From Octopus vulgaris (lineage: Eukaryota): 64,000 nucleotides of DNA. This document shows, in pieces, positions 28,735 to 40,950 of this stretch (positions are counted from its first letter, which is position 1; each line of letters begins with the position of its first letter). The notes below the pieces were generated by a model, which was given only the letters and a program-made list of their open reading frames with translations, made no database searches and was not told where the DNA came from. Both the position numbers and the translations under genes were made by a program. The DNA lies in NCBI GenBank assembly GCA_951406725.2, contig OX597817.1, positions 65,658,001 through 65,722,000 of the forward strand, in the 5' to 3' direction.

Positions 28735-28738
<4 letters not shown>
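27125..28738 (+). mobile_element. Full-length Tc1-family (DD34E) DNA transposon, IR/DR type
   Basis: TIRs of about 225 bp (27125-27348 and 28514-28738), each holding two GGCCAAAATGnTCAGAACGG-type direct repeats; TA flanks inside a (TA)n tract. Confidence 0.95.
27467..28466 (+). pseudogene. Tc1 transposase, disrupted
   Basis: HTH, FSDESKF, GGGSVMVWG, QDNAPCH...SPDLNPIENVW (34 aa between D and E), GLHTKY*. Frameshifts at about 27625, 27960 and 28060, plus premature stops at about 28365 and 28380. Confidence 0.93.
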
Positions 28739-28814
<76 letters not shown>

Positions 28815-28848
28815 TGTATGTATGTATGTATGTATGTATGTATGTATG

Positions 28849-28891
<43 letters not shown>

Positions 28892-28979
28892 GGAAAGTTT
28901 ACGAAAATAAACAAAAGACGAAGGCAGGTGGAGTACAAACAAACAAATGTATTAGTATAGCGCTCAGGAACAGACAAAG

Positions 28980-29017
28980 TCTTTTACGTTTCGAGCCTAC
29001 GCTCTTCGACAGAAAGA
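28980..29017 (-). ncRNA. Minimal type I hammerhead ribozyme (A6U core variant, extra A before stem II)
   Basis: Minus strand: TCTTT-CTGTCGA-A-GAGC(gtag)GCTC-GAAAC-GTA-AAAGA; palindromic ACGT helix III. Confidence 0.65.
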
Positions 29018-29068
29018 TAAACAGAAAAAAACAAGGAGAGAAAAAAATGCGTGTAGTAGCTAACGATC

Positions 29069-29100
<32 letters not shown>

Positions 29101-29134
29101 TGTATGTATGTATGTATGTATGTATGTATGTATG

Positions 29135-29186
<52 letters not shown>

Positions 29187-29326
29187 CTATCAGAAAGGAA
29201 CTCTATCTCTCTTAAAAAAATATCTTTTGATACGCATAACAAATGCGCAACCGGTAAAAAGAACTTTCACCTAATTAAATACACTCTCCCTTACTTAAAT
29301 TATTTTGTCAGCATTTTCTTCATTTC

Positions 29327-29383
<57 letters not shown>

Positions 29384-29483
29384 GAGGAAAAACTTAGCTG
29401 GATAGATGGTATATAACTACACCTGAACTGTTGGTGTTTTTTTCCCTCCTTCTTCCTTTCCTTTTGGACTTTCCTATGTGTCC

Positions 29484-29520
29484 TGTTTCCAAAGAAGAGC
29501 TTTGCTCGAAACGTAAAACA
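29484..29520 (+). ncRNA. Minimal type I hammerhead-like fold with degenerate core (CCAAAGA)
   Basis: TGTTT-CCAAAGA-A-GAGC(ttt)GCTC-GAAAC-GTA-AAACA; same architecture as the 28980 copy, with a compensatory change in stem I. Confidence 0.55.
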
Positions 29521-29651
29521 ACCGCTCTTTCTTTCCTTCTCTGGGCGTCTTCTTAATACTTTACATGTACCACATCCTCGACTTATTGTTTTTTCTTGTC
29601 TTTTTTTTCTCCGTGTTTTTGATTAACTATATATAAACACACACACATTTA

Positions 29652-29952
29652 CAGTGGTAGACTGGGTCTAAAAATATTGGCCGCCATTCGTATACGCGCG
29701 GAGACTAAGGGGCCCGGTCGCAACTACAAGGGGGCCCCACCCACAGTTACAATGCTATCGTTTAATTAATTTTTTTAAAGTATTCTTTTCAACTGTCTAC
29801 AAACGCAGCCAGTCTGAAATAATTAATGCATTCTTCCAGGAGTGAATACAAATTTTTTAAACTTGAGGGGATCGGCCCCTATATATGGATTCTAATGACA
29901 CAGGGGCCCACTTGCCATTGGGCAGGCTGGCAACCTGGCCAGTCCGCCACTG
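29652..29952. mobile_element. MITE with 14-bp TIRs (hAT/Tip100-like ends)
   Basis: CAGTGGTAGACTGG ... CCAGTCCGCCACTG (12/14 match); no 8-bp TSD visible, TA on both sides. Confidence 0.65.
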
Positions 29953-30024
29953 TATATATATATATATATCAGAAATATTAAATTTCTAAATATCTCATAG
30001 AGATATGTACGATGGTGGAGCGAT

Positions 30025-30260
30025 AGAGTGGTTGTATACTGTCAACTTAATGTGACAGTCCTGTAAGGGAATTTCACCACCGCTGTTTAGCCCTAGGAAG
30101 CATCGACGCTTCCTGTCGGCCTTGACACATTTTTTTTTATATATAAGAACAAAGGAAAAATGTGTCAAGGCCGACAGGAAGCGTCGATGCTTCCTAGGGC
30201 TAAACAGCGGTGGTGAAATTCCTTACAGGACTGTCACGTTAAGTTGACAGTATATAACTA

Positions 30261-30264
<4 letters not shown>
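30025..30264. repeat. Near-perfect inverted repeat with arms of about 110 bp (30025-30134 / 30156-30264)
   Basis: Direct reverse-complement match with few mismatches and a 21-nt spacer. Confidence 0.92.
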
Positions 30265-30324
<60 letters not shown>

Positions 30325-30482
30325 GTTTATAGATTTTTGCTGCAAGACTCCTGATATGAAATAGTGTGTTGAAACAGATATTGCTGTATTTCGTTTATAC
30401 ACAATGGACTGGAGTTAGAATAAGAACAGTAATAAACAAGTGAAGAACAAATATATAGTGAGTGTGTTTATTTGGCAAAGAA

Positions 30483-30541
<59 letters not shown>

Positions 30542-30589
30542 TAATAATAATAATTATAATAATAATAATAACCATCCCGAAATACAACA

Positions 30590-30679
<90 letters not shown>

Positions 30680-30687
<8 letters not shown>

Positions 30688-30972
30688 ACCACGTGACCGA
30701 CCAGACCATCAGATGTTGCTACACATCGCTGGTCACAATGCGTTCGGATTTTTTTAACTTTTAGCCGTCGAATGACGCCACCCCACTGGCTAAGCGAGCA
30801 GGCTAACAGAAGAAAGAGTGAGAGAAAGAGCGGTGGAGGAGTACAGCAGGGATCACCACCCCCTGTCGGTGACTCGTAGAGCTTTTTTTAGGTGTTTTCG
30901 CTCAATAAACACTCGAAACCACGATCCTACGACCGCGAGTCCGCTGCCCTAACCACTGGGCCATTGCACCTC

Positions 30973-30975
<3 letters not shown>
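30680..30975 (-). mobile_element. SINE-like repeat (related copy at about 41430-41720)
   Basis: Shared 'ggtgttttcgctcaataaac...ccgctgccctaaccactgggccattgcacctcc' block, the reverse of a tRNA-like head. Confidence 0.65.
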
Positions 30976-31006
<31 letters not shown>

Positions 31007-31917
31007 CATACACACACACACATACATACATACATACATACATACATACATACATACATACATACATACATACACAAACATATACAGAGAGACAAATAGA
31101 GAGGGAGAAAGAGAGAAAGGAGACAGACAGACAGACAGACAGATACGTGTATGTATGTAAAAGTGTTTGAAATTCAGTTAGCGAAACAGTACTCAATACT
31201 TACGTCTAGTGGAATAATTATTTATTCATTCAAAATTGAGTCAGCTTAAGCTATTAACTGGAGTTTCACGTCTCCGGCATTCAGGCGACAGACGTTGTAG
31301 TTTTTGAAGCTCTCTGGTATACACACAATGATCGGTTCATAGAATACTGAAAACAACTAAGCTAGGGCATAATTGGTCTCGCACAGGGGCAAGTGACAAT
31401 TACTGACTTTCAATTAACTTTTTTCTTTTCTGTTTTTTTTTTTTTGTAGAATTTTCTGCAGTCTCCTATAAAGTGTCGTGGGGGAAAAGGCGAACATTTA
31501 TGCATATACTGGTGAGGAGCTGCGTTAAACTTATGAATAAACATTTGATCCTGAAGGATGTGTTTGGAGAAGAGCATTTAGTGATAGAACTTGCAATATA
31601 ATATGCTTGGTGTGTGATGCTAAAGATATAAAAAATCGCATATTGAATCATAGATACTGTTAAAAGGAAACTTAAACATGTTATATAAAGGTTGACTGTG
31701 ATTCTTCTCGTAGCTTGTATTGTGTGTCATAGTGGTTGCTGTTTGTGACATACAGAACGGTGGGCGTACATCATACGCGCACACACACCACACACACATG
31801 CACATACACATACATACATACATACATACATCTTTTAAATTTGTTTATGGTAAACGTTTGGAATACGCAGATAAAGCTCCTATTCCATTATGCTGGCTAA
31901 CCTCTAATGATGCTGAC

Positions 31918-32064
<147 letters not shown>

Positions 32065-33389
32065 TATGCATATGTGTGTGTATTTATATGACTTTTTTAT
32101 GGTTTATATACTCCTCATGAAAAAATTTCATCGATTGAATCTCCTGGATATCACCTGCATAGAGCTCTGCATCATATTCCTAAACACTGGATTACTATGT
32201 GATCCCATAGCCAGATCCACTAGATGAATTTCTGTGTTAGCCACAGGATTTTATGAATCCATATATTTCACAACAAATTTATGCATATACATACATACAT
32301 TCATAATACATACATACATACATACATACATACATACATACATACATACATACATACATACATGTATACATACATACATACATACATACATACATACATA
32401 CATACATACATACATACATACAAACAAAAAATACCTTGTTGCTGATGTAGACATTCCAATGACGGAAACTTGAATCTAGATTAGAAACCGACCCTTTCTC
32501 TATTGGCAAGAAATCTTGAAATAAAACTGAACAATGACACACATACATACTTGGTGGAAGCTTTCTCTTGTCTGGGTACTACCACTTTTTAGAAAATTGT
32601 AAATTTCATGGATGTTACCATGGAAGATATTATAGAGGACAAGCACCAGTTGCATGGTTACAGGCCATTCCAGAATTAGACAAGTTTTGTTTAGACGGTG
32701 TCTTCTAAATCCTTCTTGATTAGCGGGTAAGCGATGTTTATTCCTGGAAAGTTACATTGTTGCTTCAGATGATACCAAATCGCCATAGTTTGGAAAATGA
32801 GCGACCAATAAACCTGAGCCAGCTACGTACACGCTTGAAATCACATATTTCCAGCTGGTTAAGATTGTGTGTTCCACTACACTTCGTTGCTACATTTTCC
32901 AAGCAATTTCTAGCCATGTAACTTAATATAATGGGTCACGTGTGCACAGACGGTATTCACTTTTCAGAGAGAACAGCTTTCCTCCCAATGGGTCAACATT
33001 GCTTGGAGTGATCAGAAGTTGAACGATCGTCTAGTTTTATTTTCCCTATAAAGATTTTTTAACAAGAAATAAGGGTTCATCACTCCCAAGTGATCTTCCG
33101 ACGCGATCATTCACCAATTACCAGAGAAATTGCTAGATAGTCGATGAACCTACGCTGGGTTCATCCGTTCTTTTAACAGGTATTGATTTTGTTCTGCTGT
33201 GTTTCTAACAATTCTTTTCTCCAGGCAAGCATGGTGGGGAGCTTGTCTAGTCACTGATGATCCGACCGCGCAACAGGTTGTACCGGACAATGTAGCACTC
33301 TCGAGCGATTTGACATATACACTTACACATAAACACACAAGCACACGTATATATGTGAAATGTCCCAGTGAAGACCTCAATAAAAAGTA

Positions 33390-33950
33390 AGCAAAACAGA
33401 CCTGATATAATGATTTGGGATAAAGAGAAACTGTGCACAGTTGTGGAAATTAGCTACCCAGCAGATAAAGCTGACGATCAGTGAAAAAAAGAATACCTAG
33501 CTGAACTATTGAGAAATATGAAGTTAATCTATCCAGATTTCAAGTTCAGGTTTGTACCTGTAATTATTGGGACCTGGGATATGTAACACACTGCCTAAAT
33601 ACCAATCTTGAGAAATTAGGCTTCTCAAAACCGAAAGGAGTAAGCTAATTCGAAGACTACAGATCCAATCTATCACTGGAATTGTAAGAATTTGTAAAAC
33701 TTTCCAGAAGTTTATCATTTAAATATATATGAGCATGTCTAGATATGCAACTATATGCATGAAAATACATACATAAAGCAAAACATACAAATCTGCATAT
33801 ATACATACATACATACAAACAAAAATACTTTGTTGTCGATGTTGAAATTCCAATGAATGGGTCTTGGATCTAGGTTAGAAACCAGCTCTTTCTCTATTGG
33901 CAAGAAATCATGAAAAAAACTGAACAATGACAAACATACATACATACATA
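33390..33950 (+). mobile_element. R4/Dong-like RLE LINE 3' end with (TACA)n tail; second tail copy at about 32420-32550
   Basis: RPDIMIWDKEK..VVEISYP..FKFRFVPVIIG restriction-like endonuclease remnants; the 3' UTR 'ttagaaacc..tttctctattggcaagaaatc' is repeated at about 32480. Confidence 0.7.
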
Positions 33951-33969
33951 CATACACACACACACATAT

Positions 33970-35030
33970 ACAGTTATTGTCTAAAAAGGAATAATTATAT
34001 ACTTTGAGAACTTCTTATGGTTTCCAGACTGGACTGGACGAAGATACCTGTCACAACTATTACAGCATCATAACATTATACTCAGTAATCTCTTGAGATG
34101 AAGGGACACTGACTGTATATACCTTGATTTTGCTAAAGCATTTGACAAAATTAATCATGAGATCATGTCATAGGATAAGGGATCTTAATATCACAGGAAA
34201 CCTGGAGAATGGTTCTGACTTCTTACATGGTAGCTGCAAACGGTTTTCTCTCTACAAAGTTATCTGTAATAAGTTATACTTCAGAGCAGTTCCAGGACCA
34301 TTATTGTTTATCAACTATCAGGTACAGGCTCACAGGTGCACTTGGCCAACCTAACAAGTTACACTGATGACACAAATATATTGATGGCTGTCTAAATTCC
34401 AGGAGATGTCGTCACACTCTAAAATGAGTTAAACCTCATTTATCAATAAGCAGATAAAAACAATATGAAATTTAATGCATCAAGAACAAGCCATAAAAAT
34501 GATTTATAAAACTCAGAGCAAACGCAGAAAATGTGGAAAAGAAGATGAAAGTAATAACGATCTCTTAACTGATTGTAGTAAATTAGCACAAAATGCGAAT
34601 AAGCGCAGGCAAAACTGTGTCGGTAAAAAAAAGTGCATAATGATGTTAGCTAAATGTCTGAGAACATAACAGAAAAGTGGTAAGAGCTAGAGGCTGTAAT
34701 TGTGAATAAAATTTACAGGATTTAAAGGGGTATCTCCTTCAAGACTGATCATACTAATGAACCAAAGAGACCAGATATGGTTGTAGAGGACAAAGAAAAT
34801 ATGTAAGATCATAGAGTTTGCAATATCCTATGATAATACAGCAGACACTAAAGAAATTGAGAAAACTGAGAAATATCACGACCTAGCTAAAGAGATTGTG
34901 GAAGACCAGTTGTTCCTTTGGTAATTGATGCAAATGGAGCACAAACCAGGAGAATTGTGATGTAGTCATCACAGTGTAGGCAGCATTTCCAATTGGATAT
35001 GATAAACTTGTTGAGATGGAAACATCTAGA
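33970..35030 (+). mobile_element. Decayed LINE fragments: RT (DFAKAFDKINHE) followed by a zinc-knuckle/RLE piece
   Basis: Frameshifted motifs DFAKAFDK, PGPLLFINY, YTDDT, then KCGKEDES..CSKLAQ and RPDMVVEDKE..IEFAI. Confidence 0.6.
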
Positions 35031-36297
35031 GTAAATCTCAGTTCTAGAATTTAAATAGCAGTTGCTGTTTTTCGTCTTTAGCAAGTTAAGTATTTTTTAT
35101 GTTACATTTTCATCAATTTCCATACAGCTTTAGTATTTTGAGGACCATTCATTTGATACCGGAAGCAATGTTGCTAATCTTCAATTTCCAGATATGGTTT
35201 AAGTCATAGAATTTCTTTTGTCAGTGAGCCTGAATGATTATATGTGATTATAAATTTTTTTTCATGGTCATCTACACACATACCAATACAATTTTACCTA
35301 TCAACCATTTTATTTCATGTGTTTGATGTGACTTCAGATTCTTAAACAATTGACTTGACATTGTATGTCTAATCTTGTATTTCTGCTAATGCAATCTGGA
35401 ATAGTCCATTGTGGATCTACCTGAGATTAATTTCTTTATACTGGGACCACAACTATAGAAGTCCAATGAAAAACACCAATTAAATATTTTTCTACACCAA
35501 TGAGCTTCAGGGAATTGCTTATCTAGCAGGGGCAGGGATTTTCTTACTTAGATACTAACATTTAAATAAAATAAAATAAAGTCATAATAGATTTGTAGAT
35601 CCAGAAGCTATGTCTTCATATTTCCAAAAATTAGATGTAATTACCAACCTAGCCAACAGTGGAAGTCTATGTAAAGAAGTTTAGTTTTACATCCATTATT
35701 CCATACTTACACAAAGGTGGAGTTTATTTCTTTAGAAGCTGTTTTGATACTGATGTGGTTTTACTTATGCTTAAAATGTAAAGCAGGCTCCACTTCACAG
35801 CATGTGTCACACATATATATACACACATATTCAACATGAATATAGTGAGCATAGTTAGAACCCTTAATGACAGTAGTTAAATTTGAAATGTGACCATGGA
35901 AACATTGATCCAACTTGGCCATATACATGATGGTTGAAACAAACTGAAGATTAGGTGAGTATTTAATTACCTTAACACCAAAACCACTGTCTCATAACAT
36001 AAATAATCAGGAATTTCAGAGGTGGGAACAGTCACACAAATTGATTCTAGTGCTTGAATGATACTTTATTTTATTGAATCCAGGAAAATAACAAATCAAC
36101 CTTAGCAGGATTTGAGACCAAAATGGTAGGGACATACAAAATATTGCAAGGCATTAATTTCATCACTTACAGAAGATCCACAAAAGTTATGCATTCTTGC
36201 CCTTTTTTTATTCTTATTAAAAAATTGGAAAATGTAATCCATTGCTCTGTCACTTCTGTTAGAGACAGGATTTTAAGCTGCTTTCTTTTTAATCACC

Positions 36298-36773
36298 TTT
36301 TGTTGGTGGCAGTTTATCAACAGCATTAGCATGTCAGATGTATATATTTTGACTTCTTACATTCTGGGTTCATTTCTTGTTTTTGACTTCTTACATTCTG
36401 TTAGAATGAAGGGTATGGTATTTGAGATTGGTAGAAGGGGAGGGAGTTATCTTCAAATCAAAGACTTGACCTGAATGCTTCCAAGAGAATGGACTAGATG
36501 GTGGTATTAAACTAGACATTAAAGCCACACCAAGATTTCAAATCAGAATACAAAGAACCAGAACAAACAGTACAAAGTTTCCTGTCTGATGCTCTAGTTT
36601 TATTATTCAAATGCCTTAGATAGGTATTTTATTAACACTGGAAGATCTAAAGCAGAGCAGGAATTGAATCCAGAATGTAAGAAGTCAAAAACAGGAAACC
36701 AACCCAGAATGTAAGAACTCAATGTATATACATCTGATATGCTAACACTTTTGATAAACTGCTACCAACAAAA
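36298..36773. repeat. Inverted repeat with arms of about 100 bp (36298-36400 / 36671-36773)
   Basis: tgttggtggcagtttatcaa...gacttcttacattctg is the reverse complement of cagaatgtaagaagtc...ttgataaactgctaccaaca. Confidence 0.85.
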
Positions 36774-37848
36774 TGTAAAAGATAATAAAATAATGAGAAC
36801 AAAAGCAAAGAAAAAGAGACAACTTACAAATTTTAAAATTTGATAATCAAAAAAATGTTAATCAATGTTTTTTTTATTAATTAAATATCTTATTTACAAG
36901 TAAAAAAAAATTTCTTTTCTTCTTCTTGTTTTTTCAAGTATTTTATTATCATTAGTCTATTTGTTTAATTAAAATTCAATTTGAACTAAAGCAACAAATG
37001 TACAGGAAAATTCCTTCAGTATTTTGAAGATGTAATAAAATACAAGGGATTCTGTTATAAAATTTTCAGGGAGGTTTTAGGGAATTATATATCACACGTT
37101 TGAGGGCATAGGATTAAGGGTGTTGATAGGGTGTTATAACAATGATATTTCATTGTTAGTTCAACAGATATGCATTTGAGACTTTTGATTAGTTGGTTGG
37201 TTAGTTGGTTGAAAAACACTGTGCAATGTAAGCACAGAGAATTCAGCACAGCAAGCACCACATCTATAATATCAAATGTATAACCACATGTATATATTTG
37301 TGAGTGTGTGATTTTAAGTGTGGTATGCTTAAGAGAATGTAAGTACATAGCGCATGCATGAGTGCATATGCATACTTGTTAGTGTGTATGTGTGCACATG
37401 TGTATGTGAATGTGTTGTATTATATATGCAAATATATGTTTGCTTGTACAAAGATATGTGTGTTGATACAGCATGCATGGATGTATTTGAACCTGTTTAT
37501 TACTGTGCATGTGTGTGTAAGTGAATGCATAGTTAAGCATGTATGATAGCACAAGTTTCTATGTGTAGGTATAATACATTACAATGTATATAAATATGTG
37601 TGCACATATTTATGAGTGCAAATGTTTGTGTACATTTGCAAATGTGTATGTGTCTGCAATATGCATATTTACGAGTGATATTTGTGTGAGCATGTGTATA
37701 TTGTGTTATAAATGCAGCTATACGAGCACACTTGCACCATGCATGTGTTTACCTACAAGCATACATGCAAGTGCATGTTTATGTCTGATCTTGTTAGTTT
37801 GTGTGTGTGTGTGTGTGCACGTGCGCATCCTATTGTGAGAAATAGCTA

Positions 37849-37951
37849 TCATTTGTGGCACCAGTGAGGACGTCTCTTCTCTAGAAATGATTTGATGCCC
37901 TCTTGCCCATCCTCCTTACTTAGATTAGAAACCATTATTTTCTCAGCATAG
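37849..37951 (-). CDS. ECHDC3: ECHDC3 terminal coding exon (YYAEKIMVSNLSKEDGQEGIKSFLEKRRPHWCHK*)
   Basis: Acceptor gttttgcag, phase 2. Carries the DGQEGIxxFLEKRxPxW crotonase C-terminus; TGA at 37851-37849. Confidence 0.94.
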
Positions 37952-39226
37952 CTGCAAAACAGAAGAAAAAGAAGAAGGATAATTATAATTTCAAGTACTG
38001 GCAAGAGGCCACAGATTTCTTGGATAAATCTTAGTCAATAAGATCAATTGAACTACTTGACTGTATTTTCCCAGTCACAGAAAGATGAAAGGGAAGTTGC
38101 TCCTCATGGGATTTGAACTCAAAACATAAACAGTTAGAAGAAATACCGCTTAGCATTTTGTGAAGAGCCTGGACAAGTCATTTTGGCCAAGCTTCTAAGG
38201 ATTCTACCTAATACAGTACCCTTGTAATGATTCTTTCCAATTCTGGCACCAGGCCAGCAATTGTGAGGGGAGGGGAAGTTGATTACACTGACCCCACAGC
38301 TCAAGCACTTACTTTATTGTCCTTGAAAAGCAAAGTTGACTTTAGCAGTATTTGAACAATGAGCAAAAAGCCAGAAGAAATACTGCAAAGAATTTTGTCC
38401 AATATATGCCATCTTGCCACCTTCAATACCCTCGTAATGATAATAATTGTTTCTATCATAGGCACAGAATTGCAAACTTGGTTGGGAAGAGGTTGGTCAA
38501 TAATTCTTGTCCAAGTACTTTATTTTTATTGACTCCCAGAAGATGAAGATGACCTCAGCACAATTTGAATAGGCACTTGTAATTTATAAGAACTTGGTGT
38601 AGGATGAAGATGAATTAGCCATGAACATCTTACGTATGAAAAACAAACAGTTAAGTCATAATGTAACAAGCTAAAGAAATTCTAACAAATGCAAATATAC
38701 TGTCAACGTATATCTGAATTAAACACAACAGATGCAGATATGATCATGTGGATAAGAAATATGTTTCACAACCAGGTTGTTTCAGGTTGTATTCCACTGC
38801 ACAACCCCTGGAACAAGTGTCCTCTACAAGCTTGAGTTGACCAGTATTCTGCACAGTTTTGTGCAGTTTCTGCACAAAACTGTGCAGAAGCTAATTTTAT
38901 ATCAATATATGTAGATGTAAATGTTTGTGAGACTGACTTTATGTTTTACACAAGTCCTAAAAGTGGTGTTGTTAGTGCAGTATCATTTTATGTCTCCTAA
39001 ATTTGCAGATTAACAAATACTGGTTGATAAAACAGGTACCACGAAATAAATTCTGTGGTCAATATGAATGAATGAATCCTTAAAGGGGGTACCCCTCAAT
39101 TCAATGAGTGAAGCCAGTAAAAGAATTTTTAAAAAAAAGGAAAAATAGAATTATCAGCAAACATATTTGCACACTCTCAGAGAATATAAAACACCATTAG
39201 CTTCACAGTTAATTCCTGTAACTTAC

Positions 39227-39333
39227 TAATAAGCAGCATCTCGATCCATATTCATCTGCGTTTGAAATGCTGCCTTACCCATGGACAAAACACTTCGACT
39301 GCATTCACATATTCGTTGAGCAATTTTCATAGT
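39227..39333 (-). CDS. ECHDC3: ECHDC3 exon (TMKIAQRICECSRSVLSMGKAAFQTQMNMDRDAAY)
   Basis: Acceptor attttag and donor TA|gtaagt; 107 nt, phase 0 to 2. Matches TMRIARKIASLSRPVVSLGKATF. Confidence 0.93.
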
Positions 39334-40239
39334 CTAAAATAAAAAATACAAAATAACAATGCAATCCAAATAACATTTTGATGTAATCAACACACTCACT
39401 TCTCATCAAAGTGACACCTACAGTGTCTCATTTGCAACATCTAAACCCAGCACTAAACAATTTGTTCAAATGATAGCTGCCACTCCTACCTATATCTAAA
39501 CTTCACATCTATACATGTGTAGTCTCTCAAATTAAATAGTTGAACTAATTTCATATCCTCATATGAAGATATGGAATACATTGAACTAAACTTCATATCC
39601 TCAGAGGCAGCACTGAATGTGATATTTTGTATATGAATACATCTACTTGGTAATATATTATATTTGCAAAACAAAATACGGTGTCCCTACCAGCAATTAA
39701 TATGTACGTATCTGTTGCCAGGAATGTATTTAATATGAAAACTGGTTTATCCCATAGTGTTTCACAGCTAAATTTAGTGGGTAGATAAGGAGCATACTTG
39801 CAAATGGTTAATGGGTTGAATGTGAATCTGAAGAAAGAGCAATAATGCCTGAAATATGCATATACACCCATTACCTTTATTTCCTATCTTAGATTGCATT
39901 GTTTACATACATGTATTCGTATATGAAACATCATAACTTCCAGTGCTGGTTCTAAACTCTATGGAAAATTTATAGAGATAACTTAAAAGTGATTGAATTG
40001 CACTGCTAACACAAAAAAAGTAGGACATAGTATTAACTTATAAACCTTTAGTATACTTGGTAGTATATTATGGTTGCAAAATAAAATATGTTGTCCCAGC
40101 CAGCAATCAATATAAATATACATATTTATATATATGTATATATACATATATATGCATACATGTATATATACATATATATACATACATGTATATATACATA
40201 TATATACATACATGTATATATGTGTGTGGCACACAAGAA

Positions 40240-40665
40240 AATCATCCGAACGTGGCCGTAGCCAGTACCGCATAGACTGGCCTCCGTGCTTTGGGGACGT
40301 AACAAACACCATCCGATCGTGGCCGTCCGCCAGCCTCATCTGGCACCTGTGTCGGTGGCACATAAAAACACCATCCGAGCGTGGCCGTCTGCCAGCCTCG
40401 TCTGGCACCTGTGTCGGTGGCACATAAAAACACCATCCGAGCGTGGCCGTTCGCCAGCCTCGTCTGGCACCTGTGTCGGTGGCACATAAAATCACCCACT
40501 ACACTCTCGGAGTGGTTGGCGTTAGGAAGGGCATCCAGCTGTAGAAACACTGCCAGATCTGACTGGCCTGGTGCGGACTTCGGGCTCCCCAGACCCCGGT
40601 TGAACTGTCCAACCCATGCTAGCATGGAAAACGGACGCTAAATGATGATGATGATGATGATGATG
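40240..40665 (+). repeat. 62-bp GC-rich tandem array (3 near-identical units plus 1 variant) fused to an RTE/SINE-type tail ending in (ATG)n
   Basis: aacaccatccg at 40305, 40367 and 40429; tail 'ttaggaagggcatccagctgtagaaac...ccaacccatgctagcatgg' is also seen at about 42625 and 61130. Confidence 0.85.
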
Positions 40666-40784
40666 ATACATACATGTATATACACATATATATATATATA
40701 TATATATACATATATACATGATGTATATATGTATATATATGTATATATATATGTATATATACATATATATATAAATATACATGT

Positions 40785-40816
<32 letters not shown>

Positions 40817-40950
40817 GTATATATGTATACATATATATACACACATATATATAGACATATATACATACATATATATATACATAAATATACATATATAAAT
40901 ATACATATATATGTATATATATACATATATATATGTATATATGTATATAT

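Noticed and set aside
32450-32510. CCAATGA...GAAAC in the R4-like 3' tail (also near 33850) as a hammerhead
   Set aside because: No NUH triplet or stem I in either copy; CCAAT more simply pairs with the downstream ATTGG.
40303-40490. CRISPR-like regular repeats
   Set aside because: Units are contiguous and near-identical with no unique spacers; no cas genes; eukaryotic context.
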